Shown here piece after piece: positions 62,201 through 64,000 of a stretch of DNA of 64,000 bases. The DNA comes from Takakia lepidozioides. Taxonomy: Eukaryota > Plantae > Bryophyta. The notes under the pieces were generated by a model. It was not told the DNA's origin. It worked only from the letters and a program-made list of their open reading frames with translations, and made no database searches. The stretch covers positions 18,414,001 through 18,478,000 of the forward strand of contig CM060731.1 of assembly GCA_030704615.1 (NCBI GenBank), written 5' to 3'. Within the stretch, counting starts at the first letter, position 1. Every line of letters begins with the position of its first letter. The position numbers and the translations under genes are program-made.

Positions 62201-62840
62201 TGGGACAATCGAGGCAAGAAGGTGAATGTCTGTCTGATTATAGAGAGTAGCAGATGCAATTGAGCATAGGAACTAGTGTGATAAGTTGAGTTGGGTGTTT
62301 CCTAGAATAAATCTAGGGTGTCATCGTCAGCTGCTAGCAGCAAGGCAAGGATGTATGCATGATTTGTGCATAGGCATGGATAGCTGAAGGAGCAGGGATA
62401 GAGTGTGGGTCCAGATTCATCCAAGAGGGCCAGAAAGAGGTCCATGGTGACATTGTCAAAGCTGGAATTGTACCGGATGTCATTCTGAATACTGCCCTGG
62501 TGACATGTATGCCAAATGTGGGTGCATTAAGGATGCGAAGGGAGTTTTCAACACTATGGCTGAACGAGATGTGGTGTCATGGAACGCGATGCTTGCAGGC
62601 CAGGGTATGCACAGCAGGGCGGACGTGGTATGGAGGCTTTGGAGACCTATGATCAAATGATGGGGGAAGGGGTGAAGCCCGACCACATCACATTTTTGTG
62701 CATTTGCAATGCATGTGCAAGCCTGGCAGCTCTGGAAAAGGGCACAGAAGTCCATGGCAACATTGTCAGAGCTGGAATTTTACCAAATGTCATTCTGAAC
62801 AATACCCTCGTGGACATGTACATGCAAAATGTGGGTGCAC
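59230..62840 (+). pseudogene. Rearranged PLS-PPR pseudogene array interleaved with PDF-motif exons
   Basis: PPR ORFs 59298-59717, 60097-60531, 62579-63001. PDF pieces at 59833-59890, 61598-61646 + 61843-61940 (RGPDFK..DSLWINSY..PAWIDGQLE) and 62150-62221 + 62415-62432. Confidence 0.88.
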
Positions 62841-63203
62841 CCTATCCTGCTGATTTGTTGTTGTGCTGGAACAGTAGCAAAAGTAGAAAGGCATATGCAT
62901 TTTACATCTGTTGCTATCTCCAGTGCATATGTAGTGTCCTTTGCACTTTGTCATACTATTGTTTGAGGAGCAGATTTTGGGACTCCGGTGCTATATTGTA
63001 AATTTGACTGGTAGCAGTTTAAGAAAAGCTCTTATATCTATTGCTGTCTTTAAGTGCCTATGTTTTGTCCTTTGCACTTGCTGACTTTGTTCTTTCCTGT
63101 GATTCTTGCCTATGAATAAAGCATTCATTTGCAGAGTCATTTTTTGTTTCTTAGTTCTTCCCTTTGTTTTTTTTTTTTTAGTATTGAATAATACTAACCC
63201 TAA

Positions 63204-64000
63204 TCTCTACTAATCCTAACGAGATAAGCATAGTTGCGGCTCTGACTGTCCAATACATTTAAAAGTTCAAAACAACCCCTCATATGACACCACGTGTCCA
63301 TATATCAGCATCTCATAGTCAGGATCATGACTGCATGACCTCCTCAATACATGCCACGTGTCCACATACCATGATGTTTGCAGTCAGAACAATGACTGTA
63401 AGACCTCTCATTATATGCCACGTGTCCAAATATTAACATGGTTGTAGTCAGGATTGCAGAGTCTCCTCATGGATATGCCACGTGGCAGTTTCGGGAGACG
63501 CCATATGGCGCACATCCACAAAACCTCTTGGACTTATTAAAAAGAGTCACGTGTACAGTTTGCAGCAGCACACTAAGTCATGTATGGTAGAAGTACATAT
63601 GACTGCCACATGACAGTGAGATGTATCACTTGGTTCATCTGACTACAGTCATCCATGACCGACCATACTGTACTCATTGTATTCACTTGGTTTGCACGAC
63701 TTAAAGTCATTGCAGTTATATGTACCGTTTATGACTACCGGATAGTCATATATACAGTCATATATACAATCATATATACCGCGATCTGTTGTAGTGAAAG
63801 TCTGGCCTGAAGAAGCTGGAAAGCACAGATTTTATTTTTGAGTTGGGAGCGTTCCTCACCTTCCATCTATTGGTATTTGTTTTCGTTCGATTGCTCCCAA
63901 AATTCCAACTTTTAAGTCTCTCTTGATGCATGAGGTCTGGAGCTCTGGAGCTTTTGATTGCACACCTAGTTATTGTCATGTCCAACTTCCACCATAGTTT
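63204..64000 (+). mobile_element. Possible Helitron 5' end with tandem CCACGTG-containing subterminal repeats
   Basis: a|TCTCTACTAATCCTAA start, then four ~63-bp units each containing CCACGTG (~63290, 63355, 63418, 63478). The right end is not seen. Confidence 0.4.

Overview
Eukaryotic nuclear DNA from a non-seed land plant, probably a moss or other bryophyte (inferred from gene and repeat content). Three genes look intact: an alpha/beta-hydrolase (minus strand, one GC-AG intron), Elongator subunit ELP1 (minus, 1349 aa) and an AT-rich tail-anchored C2-domain gene (plus). Decayed genes include CHLM, head-to-head with ELP1, and an SLC35C2-like nucleotide-sugar transporter with a young 5'-truncated LINE (13-bp TSD) in its last intron. 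The centre (28.5-38.5 kb) is a nest of mobile elements. It holds a Ty3/Gypsy chromovirus remnant whose RT-RNaseH-integrase core is replaced by a DNMT3-like cytosine methyltransferase fragment. That remnant lies between inverted arms of a (TGTAACCC)n satellite, next to a degenerate LINE and CAG(C/T)GTT-ended MITEs. The last 18 kb is a scrambled cluster of PLS-PPR/E/DYW pseudogenes. Interspersed exons encode OSB-type PDF ssDNA-binding motifs, and one of them runs directly into a PPR array, pointing to an ancestral PDF-PPR(-DYW) fusion gene. All calls were read by eye and no database searches were run.
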